A stretch of 63,541 bases of DNA, filler included, from Rhabdomonas costata (GCA_019059605.1; 39 parts of 39 records of this genome joined end to end with filler, not necessarily neighbours in it), one strand, 5' to 3'. Counted from the whole stretch's first letter, positions 1 through 12,437 are shown. The notes: generated by a model from the sequence alone, not told the origin. Program-made: numbers and translations.

Positions 1-882
1 TGTTGTGGGTGGGTCTCAACGTAGGCAGCAGCGGGTAGCGTAGGGGAGCACTCGCACCCCTGCGCCCAGCATCTCCCGCACTGCGGCCTCAACCGAGGAG
101 CGGCCACCAAACTGCGGGCTAGGAAAATAGTTCCCCGCCCGAGCCGCGCACAGGCTCAGATCAACAACCTAACACCCCGCCACGCCAATCACAATATATA
201 AGACCGAACGAGCTCAAACAGCAAGCACGCACCCCTCACTGAACTGTGGTGTCCCAGAAAGTGTCCCAAGAGGCTGACACCCAGGCACACTCAGTCACGT
301 GGCACACTCTCTCATATGAGTGGGCGCAGTCGCCGTTGTAAGACAACACTACTGTTGCAAATTCTAGAAAGGCAGCATCATGAACCAAATTTGTTATATA
401 ATAAAAAAGTGTATCAAAAGTGTATTAAAAGTGTAAAATAAATTGTATTTAAAATATAGTGTATTTAAAATGTAGTGTACTATTAATGTATTATTCACCA
501 CGGCACCTTACAGGGCTGACTGACTGGCGAAGACTGGGGGGGTGGGGGCTACCTGGTACACTGCTTCCCTGCTTCACTGCGCCCTCCCGGTTGCAGCTCC
601 CATGCTGCACATACTCCCCAATGTTCAGTCTGCGTCTTTTGTATATACAGCAGGCATTCCGAAACGCTGCGTGGCCGGTCCTAGGGGTCAGAATGTTCTT
701 TCCTTTCACCCTCGGCCGGTAGCGGTGCTTCTTGGGTTCTTGGGTTCTTTAATATCCGTTTTGTTCTGCTTTTGCGGCAAGTCTCCAATTGGTCTCCGTT
801 TTGCAAGGAAACCCCTCATCCTCACCCCCGAAGCCGAACTGAGACTTGTCCAGCAGCATATGCTCAACACGGGCATACATAC

Positions 883-1533
883 CCTCATCAGCAAACGAGG
901 GCAGCGGGTGCTCTGCGGAAGTGAGCGGTCAGACTCGTTGAAGAAATCGCAGTAGAAGCAGTCAACCACTTCGATATAAAAATACAGCCTTTCAGAAGCA
1001 ACTTCCTCTTCAGGAAAATTCAGAAGGGATCGGCTGAAAATGCAAAGACACATGAACCTTCCCCCACGCAGCGGAGGTTTTACGACAGCACCCACAACGT
1101 ATTTACAAAAGCCAATCCAAGCCAACCGGATTAGCTTGTCCTTTCTGAGGAAATCGTCGTGCATGTGTGCATGTGGGTGTAAAGTGTGTGCATGTGAGTC
1201 GAATACCACGCTGCTTGTTCTGTCATTTCAGAGGAGATGCGAAATTCTGATATACTGTTTCAATATATTTCCAACTAAAGGATCAACAATAACATGCTTA
1301 TCTTTGGCCAACTCTCACGGCCAGCAATGCGCACTGTGCAGGCTGTACTGTCAGTGGTCCCAGGCCTCATTTCTTACGCAAACAATATTAGTTTGAACAC
1401 CCCGCTCATTGTGTTTGGTGGGGTGAAGTTGTTCTTCAAACAATTTGGAAAATGTTGATGCCTCGCAGAGTCCCTGGACCTCTCCAGCTCCTCCAGCATC
1501 CCCTCGGAGCAGGAGCTGCCTTCCCCAACCACC
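883..1533 (-). CDS. Dcp2-like mRNA decapping enzyme N-terminal (Box A) domain, partial and divergent (possible pseudogene)
   Basis: Exons ~1533..1480 and 1033..883 join across a phase-2 GT-AG intron to give MLEELESRSLLNFPEEEVASERLYFYIEVVDCFYCDFFNESDRSLP. This resembles Dcp2 Box A (LDDLxxRFILNLPxEExxSxERxxFQIEQAHWFYEDF...LP). The next donor is AGG|GTATGT. Confidence 0.65.
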
Positions 1534-1633
1534 NNNNNNNNNNNNNNNNNNNNNNNNNNNNNNNNNNNNNNNNNNNNTTAATTAATTAANNNNNNNNNNN
1601 NNNNNNNNNNNNNNNNNNNNNNNNNNNNNNNNN
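1534..1633. other. Artificial contig linker (first of 38): 44 N + TTAATTAATTAA + 44 N
   Basis: The same 100-nt spacer, with stop codons in all six frames, recurs about every 1.63 kb (e.g. 3167-3266, 4797-4896, 6424-6523 ... 61910-62009). It separates 39 contigs of near-identical length. Confidence 0.98.
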
Positions 1634-2086
1634 TGTGTGGGGGGTGTCCCTGAAACCGTGCGAGCTACTCTGTATCGATCGCCTGCTATCGTGGGTCCTC
1701 CTGCCGAGCGTGCTGCAGTGGTGTGACACGGCGACCCTGTACATTGCTCTTTCCCTTTGTTAGGTGTCCATTAGTGGTGATGTGGGCCGTTCTTTGCGAG
1801 AGACGAAGGGATTCAAGGAATTAGTTTGACATGATTCACCTCATGATCGTTATCTTTGGGTGGCAACCTGTGGTTGTGGTCTCCAAAAGGGACGGATCAC
1901 GTGCAGCTACTCTGAAGTTTCGCACAAGTGTGCGCGTGGGCTGGGTGAGCTCGAGCTGAAATGATACGGGTATGTTTTCTTTTTTTTTGTTGTTGCTTGC
2001 TTGCCAAAGGTTGTCGAGCGCCCTGGCGAAACGCATCCATAGCAGCCGTCTGAGGAGCTTCCCTCTCCTGTCTCCCTTGAAGGAAG
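1634..2086 (+). CDS. Hypothetical protein, two putative exons
   Basis: LKPCELLCIDRLLSWVLLPSVLQW|LSSALAKRIHSSRLRSFPLLSPLKE joins across a phase-2 GT-AG intron (TG|gtgtga ... ccaaag|G). No family recognised. Confidence 0.25.
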
Positions 2087-3282
2087 GTGTTCCTTCCTTC
2101 TCGCTGTACCACTGCTACAAACACCCTCGCATTGGTACAGCTCTTGCAGCCGCAGGGTTGCACGGTTGCGCTTCTTGGAACTCCTTCGATTGCTGTGGGT
2201 CCACGTAGCTCCAGACTTCCTTCTCCACACCCCACTCGACTCACATCCAAATGGAATAGTTTTTTCTTGCTCTTGTCTGCCCTACAATCGATGATGCATG
2301 TGCAGGTTTGATGTAGCAATCCACCTTTTTCCCCCACCTCCATTATATCCCTCCGATTGGATCCCTCTGTGTTAAGTAGTCACAGTGGTGGTGTTTGTCT
2401 GTCGCATTCGGTGTATCCTTGTCGTGTCATCGGCACACATAGCACGCTCACTCGCCCACGGGGCTTTACGTTTTGTGTTGTTGTTATGGTGTGTGGATGC
2501 CCATCACAGGATGAAGAGAATGAAGAGAATCAAGGTTGCCGGGGAAGGATTGGCCCACCGGCTTGGTTTAGCTAACACCATAACGGGCTCCCATTATGCA
2601 CGTACCCTTGATCGCCTCACAACCTCTGAAGTAAAGCTGCATTGAGAACTCCATTGACCAATGTTTTTTCGGAGCTTGTCTTTCCATTCACTCGGCATCG
2701 CCACCAAAAAACGGGCTGCTACTGTGCTCGAGATACGTCGGGTTGAGACCCTCCATTTACACATTTACATCAAGGAATATGTTGATTTCCAAATGCATCA
2801 TCTCATCTGCAAAGATGAACATGAGAGTCAGAGCTGTACGCTGTACGAAAATGGAGGGTCTGTGCTTCTTTTCGCATCTTACATTGTATATTGTGTCCAT
2901 CGGGTTCTGGTCTTTTTCCGGGAAATTGTTTGTCTCACCTGAAGGACTGATTGACCCACGTCGTTCTCCGCACCTCGTTCACATTTCACTTGTTGCATTT
3001 CAGTGGCTTCATTCATTTCGACCCACCTTTGCCGTTTAAGTTCTAAAAAGCTGGTTGTTCGATTGAAGAGTACAATGTGCCTGTTATGTGTGGTTTCTTG
3101 CCTTCTTCAGGTTGTTTTCTTTATACTGTGTTCTATCGTTCACCCTTCTCACCCCCCCACCCCCACNNNNNNNNNNNNNNNNNNNNNNNNNNNNNNNNNN
3201 NNNNNNNNNNTTAATTAATTAANNNNNNNNNNNNNNNNNNNNNNNNNNNNNNNNNNNNNNNNNNNNTTTTTTGTTGCATTTT

Positions 3283-4083
3283 TTACATGTCATCATTTTT
3301 GTTTTGTATTAATGTTGTATGTTTTTCAATAAGTTGATTAAGTTTTTGTTCATGTTCAGTTATTTTTTCTGTAATTTGTACAATAGGAGTAGATCCGGTT
3401 GATTGTTGTGCTTGAAGAAGGTCTATTAATGTTTGAATGGTACTCATGTTTATACTAAATCTTTCTGTTATTTTTGCATCAATATATGCATCTAAACTAT
3501 TTATTTTATCAATTACTTGTTTATCTAATAAATTTAAACGATTATCTACTTTTTGTTGTTGTGATAATAAATAAGAATCTACGTTGATTCAAAACCATGT
3601 ACTTTTTCATTTAATGATATCAATCTAGATTCTAAACTTTTTAAATCATCATAATTTTTTGTTTTTCTTTTCACAGTTGATTCAATAGTCTTTTCAATTG
3701 CAGGACCTATAATATCATCATTAGGATCAAAAAGAATATGTTTGTCATGTTTTAGGATATCACGAATTTGTTCACGAACAGAATTTCTGGATGTGAAAGA
3801 ATAGAGACTATATTATTCATTTTAGTACAGAAAATTTCAGTTTCAGGCACAACACCACCTTTTTGTTTTACGATAGTACAAAATACATTTTCTTTATTAA
3901 CATTAGATACTTTAAGAAAGTTTTTAGAATCATCTACTTTCTTCCGATCATCATTTCTTCGTATGGTTTGCACCATAATTCGTTATTGTCATTAATTTTA
4001 CATATAATATCAGTCATGATATGTTTATTTTTAGTAGAAGGAGGCAGTGGTAATATTGGTTCAATAACACTTACTGATGACAT
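3283..4083 (-). pseudogene. AT-rich hypothetical coiled-coil protein broken by about 4 frameshifts
   Basis: From ATG 4083: MSSVSVIEPILPLPPSTKNKHIMTDIICKINDNNELWCKPYEE / NDDRKKVDDSKNFLKV...LSHP / NSVREQIRDILKHDK...VHGFES / NVDSYLLSQQQKVDNRLNLLDKQ...QITEK / NTEHEQKLNQLIEK. The reading stays protein-like across successive single-base frame changes. Confidence 0.55.
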
Positions 4084-4129
4084 ATATTATTATTTATACT
4101 TTTTTTATGTATTGCTTACATATGAATAA

Positions 4130-4636
4130 ATGGCATCTTCCACTGAGTCAGAAAGTAACGATCGAGAAATAATAGCTGGAGGATTATTAATTTATAGATA
4201 TAGTAAAACATCAAAAATAGAATTTTTATAAATGAAAGTAAATAGACGTAATAAACCAACATATGAAGATTTCGGAGGAACACGAGATAAAAAAGATAAA
4301 ACAATTTATGACACAATAGCACGTGAAGTACAAGAAGAAAGTAATAATGTAATAAGAAAAGAACATGTTAAAAAAATAATAGCATCAAATAAATATATAA
4401 AATGTTATTGTAAAAAATCAAAATACATGTTTATAATTTGTAATATTCGAGATCTAGGTATTTCATTAAAATTATCTAAATTAGGATCTGTTGAATTACA
4501 TGATAATATAGAACGTACATTTCATTGGATATCTCTAGATGAAGTAGTATCAAAAAAGTTTATGAAACAAATAAATTATAGACTGATATGTCAAGATTTT
4601 TTTAAATTTATAAAGTTTATAAAGATAAATACATGA
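4130..4636 (+). pseudogene. Nudix hydrolase (NCLDV-like) with a premature TAA
   Basis: From ATG 4130: MASSTESESNDREIIAGGLLIYRYSKTSKIEFL*MKVNRRNKPTYEDFGGTRDKKDKTIYDTIAREVQEESNNV. It has a Nudix box (GG...D...AREVQEES) and the N-terminal AGGLLIY strand. The in-frame TAA at 4229-4231 splits the domain. Confidence 0.8.
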
Positions 4637-4642
4637 TACTAA

Positions 4643-4650
4643 AAAATTGA
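4643..4650 (+). promoter_or_regulatory. AAAATTGA, mimivirus-type early promoter motif
   Basis: Exact octamer immediately after the Nudix stop. It lies ~45-55 nt upstream of a degraded ORF (SDLR*LLTAQLSALIQLRSALSAQLPKKMS). A chance match is possible in AT-rich DNA. Confidence 0.5.
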
Positions 4651-7600
4651 AAAATAATATTATTGATAGGTCTATATATTTAATATAAAGTAAGGTATGC
4701 TTGGTCTCTGATCTTCGCTAACTGCTTACTGCTCAGCTTTCTGCTCTTATTCAGCTTCGTTCGGCTCTTTCTGCCCAGCTCCCAAAAAAAATGTCGNNNN
4801 NNNNNNNNNNNNNNNNNNNNNNNNNNNNNNNNNNNNNNNNTTAATTAATTAANNNNNNNNNNNNNNNNNNNNNNNNNNNNNNNNNNNNNNNNNNNNTGGT
4901 TTGTGGGCTTAAACTTTCTAAACAGCGCAGCACTTCCTTCACAGGTGTGTTGCTTCACAGAAGAAGTCACCCTTCGTTTTTTTTGCCTTCGCGCGCGCGC
5001 CTAGGTATGCGGAAACAGACAGCAAGCGCCACCTCAGAGAAGGCCCAATCTCAATGGTCGTAAAAGTGCCAACAATCTCGATATAATCTCGTTCTTGTTT
5101 ACTTGGAGATCACATAAAACTGAGTGTTTTTCGGCATCAGAACGTCTCACTCCGCTCCCAGGCCAGCTCCCAATCCACCAGAATGTGTTATAATACTGCA
5201 TTTTTTGGTGTTCAGGGGAGTTAAGCTCAATTCCAAATTTACCCACTTGCTCATCCATTGAGCTACATCGATTCTCGAATCCAAAGCCAATCCCAATTTC
5301 TTGGAGTGGTATGTCCACTGGCCGAATGAAATTGAGGTACTTGGGATATACCCGAATTGAGCTCATTGCTTTCGACCACCTCCGTGACACAAACGTGGTC
5401 TGTTGCAGACAACATACAAACCTTGCGCGTCCCCGCGGTGGGATGCAGGCACGGGTGTGCAAACACACGCAAACCTCGGGCTCCCAGACGGGGCCTTGGC
5501 GAGCTGCGAGGCACCCCGCGGAGTATAGCACCTCGGGTTGTTCCGGAAACCGCTGGATACCGAACTCCACCCCCGCCCTATTCAAATTTCAAGGCACAAG
5601 GTCAGGCACAAGTTCCGTGTGGACTCCAAGCCTCAAAATTTCAAGCCCTCCTGGCTAAGGGCAGATGCAAACCCGAGTGCCAGAAATGAGCATGCGCTCC
5701 ATTTGTTGGTGACGCAACAGCACCTGCTCCGGGGGAAACTTCAGCAACTAATAATACGGCTGGAAACGCACCGCTAAGCCAACGATAACAGTCTGACGAC
5801 GAATATTGCACAAACAGGCAAGGGTATCATGCCTATCATGACCTCATCAATAGAGAAGTTGCGGAAGGTAAACAAGGATTCACCAACGCGTCAGCGGTTT
5901 CACACCCATCCTACGCGCTCTATTAACAGCAAAAGGGTATGCGGAGGCGTGGGGAATGAGATTAGTGCCTGAGAATGCTGAGGTCGCTTCCGGGTTCACC
6001 GCGATGAGGAATCGCCCCCAGAGCCTGAAGGAACTCGGCCCTGTCCAGGGGAAACCGGCAGGGGCAGTAGGGGTACCGCCACTCCACGACCACCTCCACG
6101 TCGGACAGGCGCCCTGTGCCCCCGGAAGCCATAAAGAAAGGAGAGAACACTCCCCTGCGCAGAAAGCTGCGCTAAGAAACATGGATGCAAAATGGCTTGA
6201 GCTGGAGAGTGCGTATGATCATATGAAATAGGGTCAAGTGAAGCAGTGATAAGGGCGAATCAGAAGGGGCTACTGCTTCCCCTGTCAGGACGAGGGTACC
6301 TCGGAATCAAAAAGGTCCGTAGAATGCCCTTGGAACAGTTGCAAAGCTTCTTTAGAGGGAACCCGCCGAGAAGAACGCTCCCTTACACATCGGATATCAG
6401 TATCAGTATGACCACCCCACAACNNNNNNNNNNNNNNNNNNNNNNNNNNNNNNNNNNNNNNNNNNNNTTAATTAATTAANNNNNNNNNNNNNNNNNNNNN
6501 NNNNNNNNNNNNNNNNNNNNNNNACGCTTCATGGTAACTAATCATTATGGGGAGGGAACAGGACCTGAGAAGCGTTTGCACGCGAGAAGGTGAATTATTG
6601 TCCATTTTTTCCATAGTGATGGCCCCTTTTTAAATCGAGTTTTGTCATATGTAAAACTCACGTTATTATCGGAGAATCCTAGCCAGCATGAAAGGTCCCT
6701 CGGACCGAAAATGGAACGGGCTTTCAAAAAGCAGGTAACACGAAACACTTATACGTACTGTGTAGATAATATTAAAATCTTGGCTCACAATCAGCCGGAG
6801 GCCTTCTACAGGGCTTTCCGCCGCAAAGAGTCTCTCTCTGGGTTTGTTGGTCTGCATTGCAGTACCAGCTCACAGACAGACTAGCCAGCCAGATTCATTC
6901 ATTCGGTAGCACTCCCTGCGATCATCGGATTCCCGCTCTGGCAGATAACCACACGCAGCCGCGCTCACCCCAGAGCCGACCGCGGCCGACAGCGGGCGGC
7001 TCGTTTCCCCCCAAAATGATCGCCAGGTCTGGTGGTCCTTAAGTTTTGATGCATGAATGCAAGCGTCGGTGTGGATGGGGGGCAAAACGGATCTGAACAC
7101 AGCGGCGCAGTGAACTGTCGGCATCCGTTTGTGCGGGCATGCGCGGAGAATGGCCTTTCAACGAATACAATAGGTGTCATCACCTTCGTCTTTACAAACA
7201 TTGCCTCGGAAAGGTTTTTATTATCATTAATATTGCAATTTCGATTCAAAATAACGTTTGTCTGCCAGGCGGTGTAGTACCATGCGCTGAACAATCTTCT
7301 TTGATTTGATTTGACGACAAGACCGGGTATCCAAGCGTTTTCTATCCCATCGGGAAGGACGAAAACACTACCGTACCCCAACGGTCGATGCGTACCACCA
7401 CGGTGCATCGAAACTCCAGAAGGCATCGGCACCGTGTGAAACAGCGTGGCCTTTGCAACCCTGTGTCGCGGACCACCAAAGTACACTATTGAGTGCCTGA
7501 GTATTATATAGGTTACAAAGTTTCAAAGTTCAAAATGACCTAACGATATCACTAGATAAAGATTGAATTATGTGAATTTTCAGCTAGCAACAGCGGCCAT

Positions 7601-8157
7601 TAGCCTGGGCCCCGCGGGGATAGGGCAGATGGTTTTTCTATATAGGTGCGGATTTTTTTGGACGGTGCGAGATCGCTGAAAAAGAGACCAGAAATGAATG
7701 CCGCATGCTGTAACACCAACAGGCACGATTCGAGGCCAATTAACCCAAATTAGCAAAATGCGCAAAATTGTCAGAACCGTCAACGAGAAACAGCTTAAAA
7801 TCAAATCAAATAACAGTTATTAAGAAACAATACTTTTCATTAATTGGCGCTTGCACCGACAATTTTCCGACGATCCCGCAGCAACAAAAATTACGTTGCT
7901 TTCCTTAACATAATGAGTTTGATAGTTCCTTTAAATTTTAAGTCCGATAGCTAATAGCAACAGTATAATGTAATGTAATGCCCCGGTACACAAGTGAGGC
8001 TTCTTTGCAACTTCGCATTTCTCACTTGACCACGCACGCCCACGCTACCCAACACCCNNNNNNNNNNNNNNNNNNNNNNNNNNNNNNNNNNNNNNNNNNN
8101 NTTAATTAATTAANNNNNNNNNNNNNNNNNNNNNNNNNNNNNNNNNNNNNNNNNNNN

Positions 8158-9475
8158 TTGTTGTGTGGAACCCCAACCATCTCGAACCAGTCGGCGGGAC
8201 TCCGCGAGTGACTTGGACGAACCCATCACTGCCTCGAACCGGGACACACAGATGGACGTACAGAAGAACACCAGGTCGCTCTGGCTGCAGCTGCGGTTGA
8301 TCCATGGGGCGGTAAATGTGATTAAAAGTTCCGCCGTACTCCACCTGAGCAACAATGTGGCAAGTATCTGTGCCATTTCGAACAATAATGCATGTCATCA
8401 ATATGATCTCCCTGACATCGGTCGACTGCCAATTGCTACACGAGGACTGTCGAATTCAAAAAAAAACTGGATCAACGTAAGTTCTGTACCTGCAGTTGTT
8501 ACTGACCCCCGGGGCTTCAACAGGGGTCAGTTTCAGAAGCAAGATTGAGATGTCAGGTTCTCCTGGCGCATTTCGGGTGAAGCGGTTACCCAGAACGTTG
8601 TCCAGAGTGCTAAGCGCAGCAGCCCGGCCCAAGATCAGCGAATGTGTGGTGATAAATGCAGGGCTCTGTGGTGGTTTTCTTTGGTATTTGTTAAGAGCAT
8701 TTTCCTTTGGGGAAGGACTTCGGAACATAACCGGTGAGTAGATATCTTGGTGGTTATTGTTATGTGAGAATAAAGGACGTCTCCGCGTCCCTGAGCGACG
8801 AGCAAGAGACGATGGCTGCGAAGGCACCGACTTACGTGTCGGAGAAGAGAAGAGAAGACCACTTCCCGCCACCCCCTCCAAACTTCAACCGCGTATTCCG
8901 GTACCTCCTTCGCCTTTCTTCTTTTTATTCGAAGTGGTAAAAGTTGAATTGAAAAACTAGGCTGGGGCTCCGCCCCCTCCCCCCATTCCCCCCAGATGAC
9001 TGTGGCATTTCCATGGTCCCCGAAAATTCACAAAAAAAAACCTAGTCAATATCCCGCCTCAGCCCCCTCTGGCCGCGTGTATGCTGGCCTCCGCCCCAAT
9101 AATAAACCTGTCCTACTCGTCTGCATGAGCCCTAAGATGAAGCTTGCGCTGATTTATCATCATATCTGTCAAAGAGAAGCTACGTTAGCCATTAGTTTTA
9201 GCTATTTTCACATGAGTGCTGACATCTCAGAACCAGAGCCCGGCCCCTACCGGCCGCTCTAGCCTAGGTCTGTTTACCGGTTCAGGCTAAAAAAGAATAC
9301 GGCGTGCTGGCTTTTCTGTGGTTTGATTCCCATGTGTAATGCAACCAATAGGTCGTCAGGGTACGCGCATTGTGAGGTGGAGGTCCAGTTGGAGATCACC
9401 AACCACACTTCCTCACCCTTGGACCTGGCCGTGGAGACCCACCGCCCAGCTTCGGGGTACCACTGGGTGGGCAAG
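8158..9475 (+). CDS. Hypothetical protein, three exons; last exon resembles a TRAPPC8/Trs85 C-terminal region
   Basis: Exons 8158..8311, 8776..8900 and 9352..9475 join in frame via GT-AG introns: ...QLRLIHGA|DVSASLSDEQ...NFNRVFR|SSGYAHCEVEVQLEITNHTSSPLDLAVETHRPASGYHWVGK. The family call is weak. Confidence 0.4.
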
Positions 9476-10346
9476 GTGTGCGGTGCAGTACTGTTTTGCA
9501 TGGTCAAACCTGTAGCTCCCCAAGGCATTGCCAACTGTTGCTGGACTGTGGAAGAACTTCACTGGCCGTCCGAGGATGCGATTTATCTGTTGCAATTCTT
9601 TTCCCCGCTCCAACTACTAAGGTTTCCCAAAAAAAATTTCTTCACTGTGGCAAAGTGATATCTGGACTATATTTGTGCGGTGGCTACCCCNNNNNNNNNN
9701 NNNNNNNNNNNNNNNNNNNNNNNNNNNNNNNNNNTTAATTAATTAANNNNNNNNNNNNNNNNNNNNNNNNNNNNNNNNNNNNNNNNNNNNGTGGTGGGTG
9801 TGTTTGGTGTGTTTTTGCCCTGTTTATAGTGCCGCCAACTGTACATACATACTCTGCCTTGCGTGTTCTGTCTTTCAGTAGGTTTTCAAAATGGGTCAAC
9901 GCGCCCCCTTTCCTTACTGCTGCACACGTTCGCAACAAATTGTGCACGAACCTCCGCTCAAGTCGAGGACTTCAAGTTATGGTCCAATTATTTTCCTATT
10001 GCGATTGCTATAACTATCATCAGCATCCTGACTTCCTTGCTCCCCAGCCTGCGCATGGTGATTTCTCTGAATTGCGGGTTTTGTAATATGGTTGTTGTTG
10101 TTTTGGGAGTCTCGACCGGATGCCATTCAGAATGCAACGACCGAAGATACTATTTATATGAGCATCACATGACCCCGTGCTAGATCAATAAATTGTGAAT
10201 TGTAGCTCCGGTTTGATGCAATCCTGAATCGCGTCTAGCGGTGTAGCGGCTTATTGCGTTGATCTTTCTTCCCTTCTTCTGACTTGTGAACGGATTCAAG
10301 CTCTGTCGCCTTTTTTTGGCCCCGAGAAACTTCTTTGGCCATAACG

Positions 10347-10881
10347 ATGAAGGTCGACAGGAAGTTGGGATCGTCCACCAAGCAGGGACGTCGCGTTGAG
10401 AAATGGCAGACGCACCTCCGCACCAACCGCACCATCAAGCGCCTGAACATGTACAACAACAAGGTCATTTGCTCGCACCTGTCTTTCATCATTTTTTTCG
10501 GTAGTCTACCTGTTGTGGTTGTCCCTTTTTGTGCGTTTTGTGATTTTGTGATGACCATCCCAGTAGTCTGCTTGTGAAGTTATCATGGTACTTTTTCCCG
10601 CCTGACAGTAGATTTCAAGAGCGACGCCGATGGCGATGGCCTGGGGTCTTTTTGTCATTGATAAGGCTAGTAACATCCGGAAACTGAGAATTTATTATGT
10701 GACATTTCGAACATAAGTCTTTTTCCTTTCGCTGATACACACCCTTTCTTCGTCCCGAGTGGACAGCACAAGGTGGTACTGCTGTGCTGGTTCTTCTTCC
10801 CGCTTCCAGATCAAAAGAAGCAAGGAGACGGGCGAAATCGTTCGGGGCAGCGTCATGAAGACCTCGGACAAGATTCCCAAG
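10347..10881 (+). CDS. NOG2: Nucleolar GTP-binding protein 2 (NOG2/GNL2), N-terminal two exons
   Basis: Exons 10347..10463 and 10810..10881 (phase-0 GT-AG): MKVDRK...HLRTNRTIKRLNMYNNK|IKRSKETGEIVRGSVMKTSDKIPK. This matches the TIKRLxMY...xRxxxGxI motif of the NOG2 N-terminus. Confidence 0.8.
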
Positions 10882-11949
10882 GTGGGTCCACGTCTTTGTG
10901 GGAGGAGATGTCGGAAAACGTGTTTGAACTGCTGTATGGTCCCTGTCTCTGAGTTTTGTCTCTGAAATCTGCAAAAAAAAAAGGTGCTATGACGTCATAT
11001 TTTTCTGCGATGAGAAGACAACAACAATTGGTCGGCGGCGGGTGGAGAGGAGATGAATGGGTGTGTTTTGAAATATTAATGCCAAGGTGTACATACTTGA
11101 TGCAGAACCCACGTATTTTGTCCTCACTTTCGTTAACCTGTGTTTTCTTTTGAAGTAAACTTTGCTCTTGATACCGAAATCAAGGCAAGGCGGTGTAGTG
11201 CATTGCACAATCGGAGAAACCCGAGCAAGTCAGAATTGAGGATGGGCAACCAGAGGAGGAGCACCTAGAACAGACCCGCGCAGAGACGAACCCAGTGCGC
11301 AGAAGTACAAGCGGACCATCGAGNNNNNNNNNNNNNNNNNNNNNNNNNNNNNNNNNNNNNNNNNNNNTTAATTAATTAANNNNNNNNNNNNNNNNNNNNN
11401 NNNNNNNNNNNNNNNNNNNNNNNTGTGGTGGTGTCTCCCACAATCTCTGCAAAACGACCACAGCATTAATCTAATGGAAGATGCCAAGGTTCAGGCACGG
11501 CGTCTCTACCGTGTGTAACCCATGAAGGGCAAAGATGATGAAGGCTTTGACAGCTGGTGTGGTGACGTTTTATGTGAAGTCTTTGGTAGGGGAGAATTTG
11601 AAACAGTTTGGGCTGGAGTGTTATTATTTGATGCGCGATTTACTACAGTTGAAGTAACCCGCACGTAGCTTTGAACGTTGTTCGAGGTTGCTGTGGAACC
11701 TGTGTCAAGGATTGCACTGGGTGTTTTTGCCACCACGGTGTCTGGTGTAACATGGTATCCCGAGGATCGCGTTGCCTTAAGTGAGTCGTTCGAGCTGTGT
11801 GCGGTGGTGTGACCGGAGTTAGGGGTCATCTGACGCGCCGTCACAAGCGACCACACAAGATTTACGACAATGCGGAAAACATCGGTTGCCGGTAGTGCGG
11901 GGGATTATGTAGGTGGTCTCTCTGCGAACAATCTGAACTTCCCTACGTC

Positions 11950-12437
11950 AGTCAACCAAGGGATGATATCTGAGGAGGAAGGTGTAGCCCAGCACGACAG
12001 GAATTGTGGACACTATCACTCTAAAAACAGCTGAGTTGGCATTGTGCCGAGCAAAACCAAAAAACGGACGTAGGTTTCAGTGATAGTCGCCCATTGGCCA
12101 CTCGCACTGCCATTAGGTGCTTCAATTGTTTCCGCGGTAGCTGGAGCTCCTTTACCAGGTTGTCGCTGATGAAACAGTCCGAGGCGCCCGAATCCAGATG
12201 GGCCGGTACGGTATTATTTTCAAATGTAAGTGGTAGGAAAAGCAATGGCTTTGGCGCTGGTGGGTCGTGTGTGTCACTTCCAACATCTGCAAGATCTACT
12301 CGTTTGGGAAGCACCTTGAAAAGAATGGTACAGAAGGGTGATTTTGCGGTGGGTTTATTGGTTTGGAGAAAGATTGAGTAATAGTCAGGAAGAAACATTT
12401 GTTCGGGTCGTTGGTCAAAGTGCCATTTTCCCACCAT
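11950..12437 (-). mobile_element. Ty3/gypsy-like LTR retrotransposon aspartic protease remnant (frameshifted)
   Basis: Retropepsin motif AHLDSGASDCFISDNLVKELQLP...VRVANG. After frameshifts it continues VVLGYTFLLRYHPLVD* (ILGxxFL..P.IDW-type motif). Confidence 0.8.

Larger units (their letters stand above)
3267..4796. mobile_element. AT-rich giant-virus (NCLDV/Mimiviridae-like) fragment, probably a decaying endogenous viral element
   Basis: Far more AT-rich than every other contig and intronless. Two divergent genes are separated by only 46 nt (4084-4129). It carries a viral-type Nudix ORF, an AAAATTGA motif at 4643-4650, and several inactivating mutations. Confidence 0.65.

Noticed and set aside
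4229-4231. TAA stop-codon reassignment (in-frame TAA here, near 4719 and at 17538)
   Set aside because: The same regions also carry frameshifts, the expected residue at 4229 is hydrophobic, and the intact host exons have no in-frame stops. Decay explains it better.
883-4636. Apparent decapping cluster (Dcp2-like gene near a Nudix gene), or any multi-gene system across the window
   Set aside because: The genes lie on separate contigs apparently ordered only by length, so adjacency is meaningless.
6524-8057. 173-aa ORF 6965-7486 and possible small minus-strand exons
   Set aside because: Several alternative frames and splice patterns fit and no domain is recognisable, so no call can be supported.
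10491-10504. ATTTTTTTCG|GTAG resembling the 3' end of a euglenid spliced-leader exon
   Set aside because: Only the T-run/CG/GT matches, it lies inside the NOG2 intron, and no upstream SL similarity is evident.
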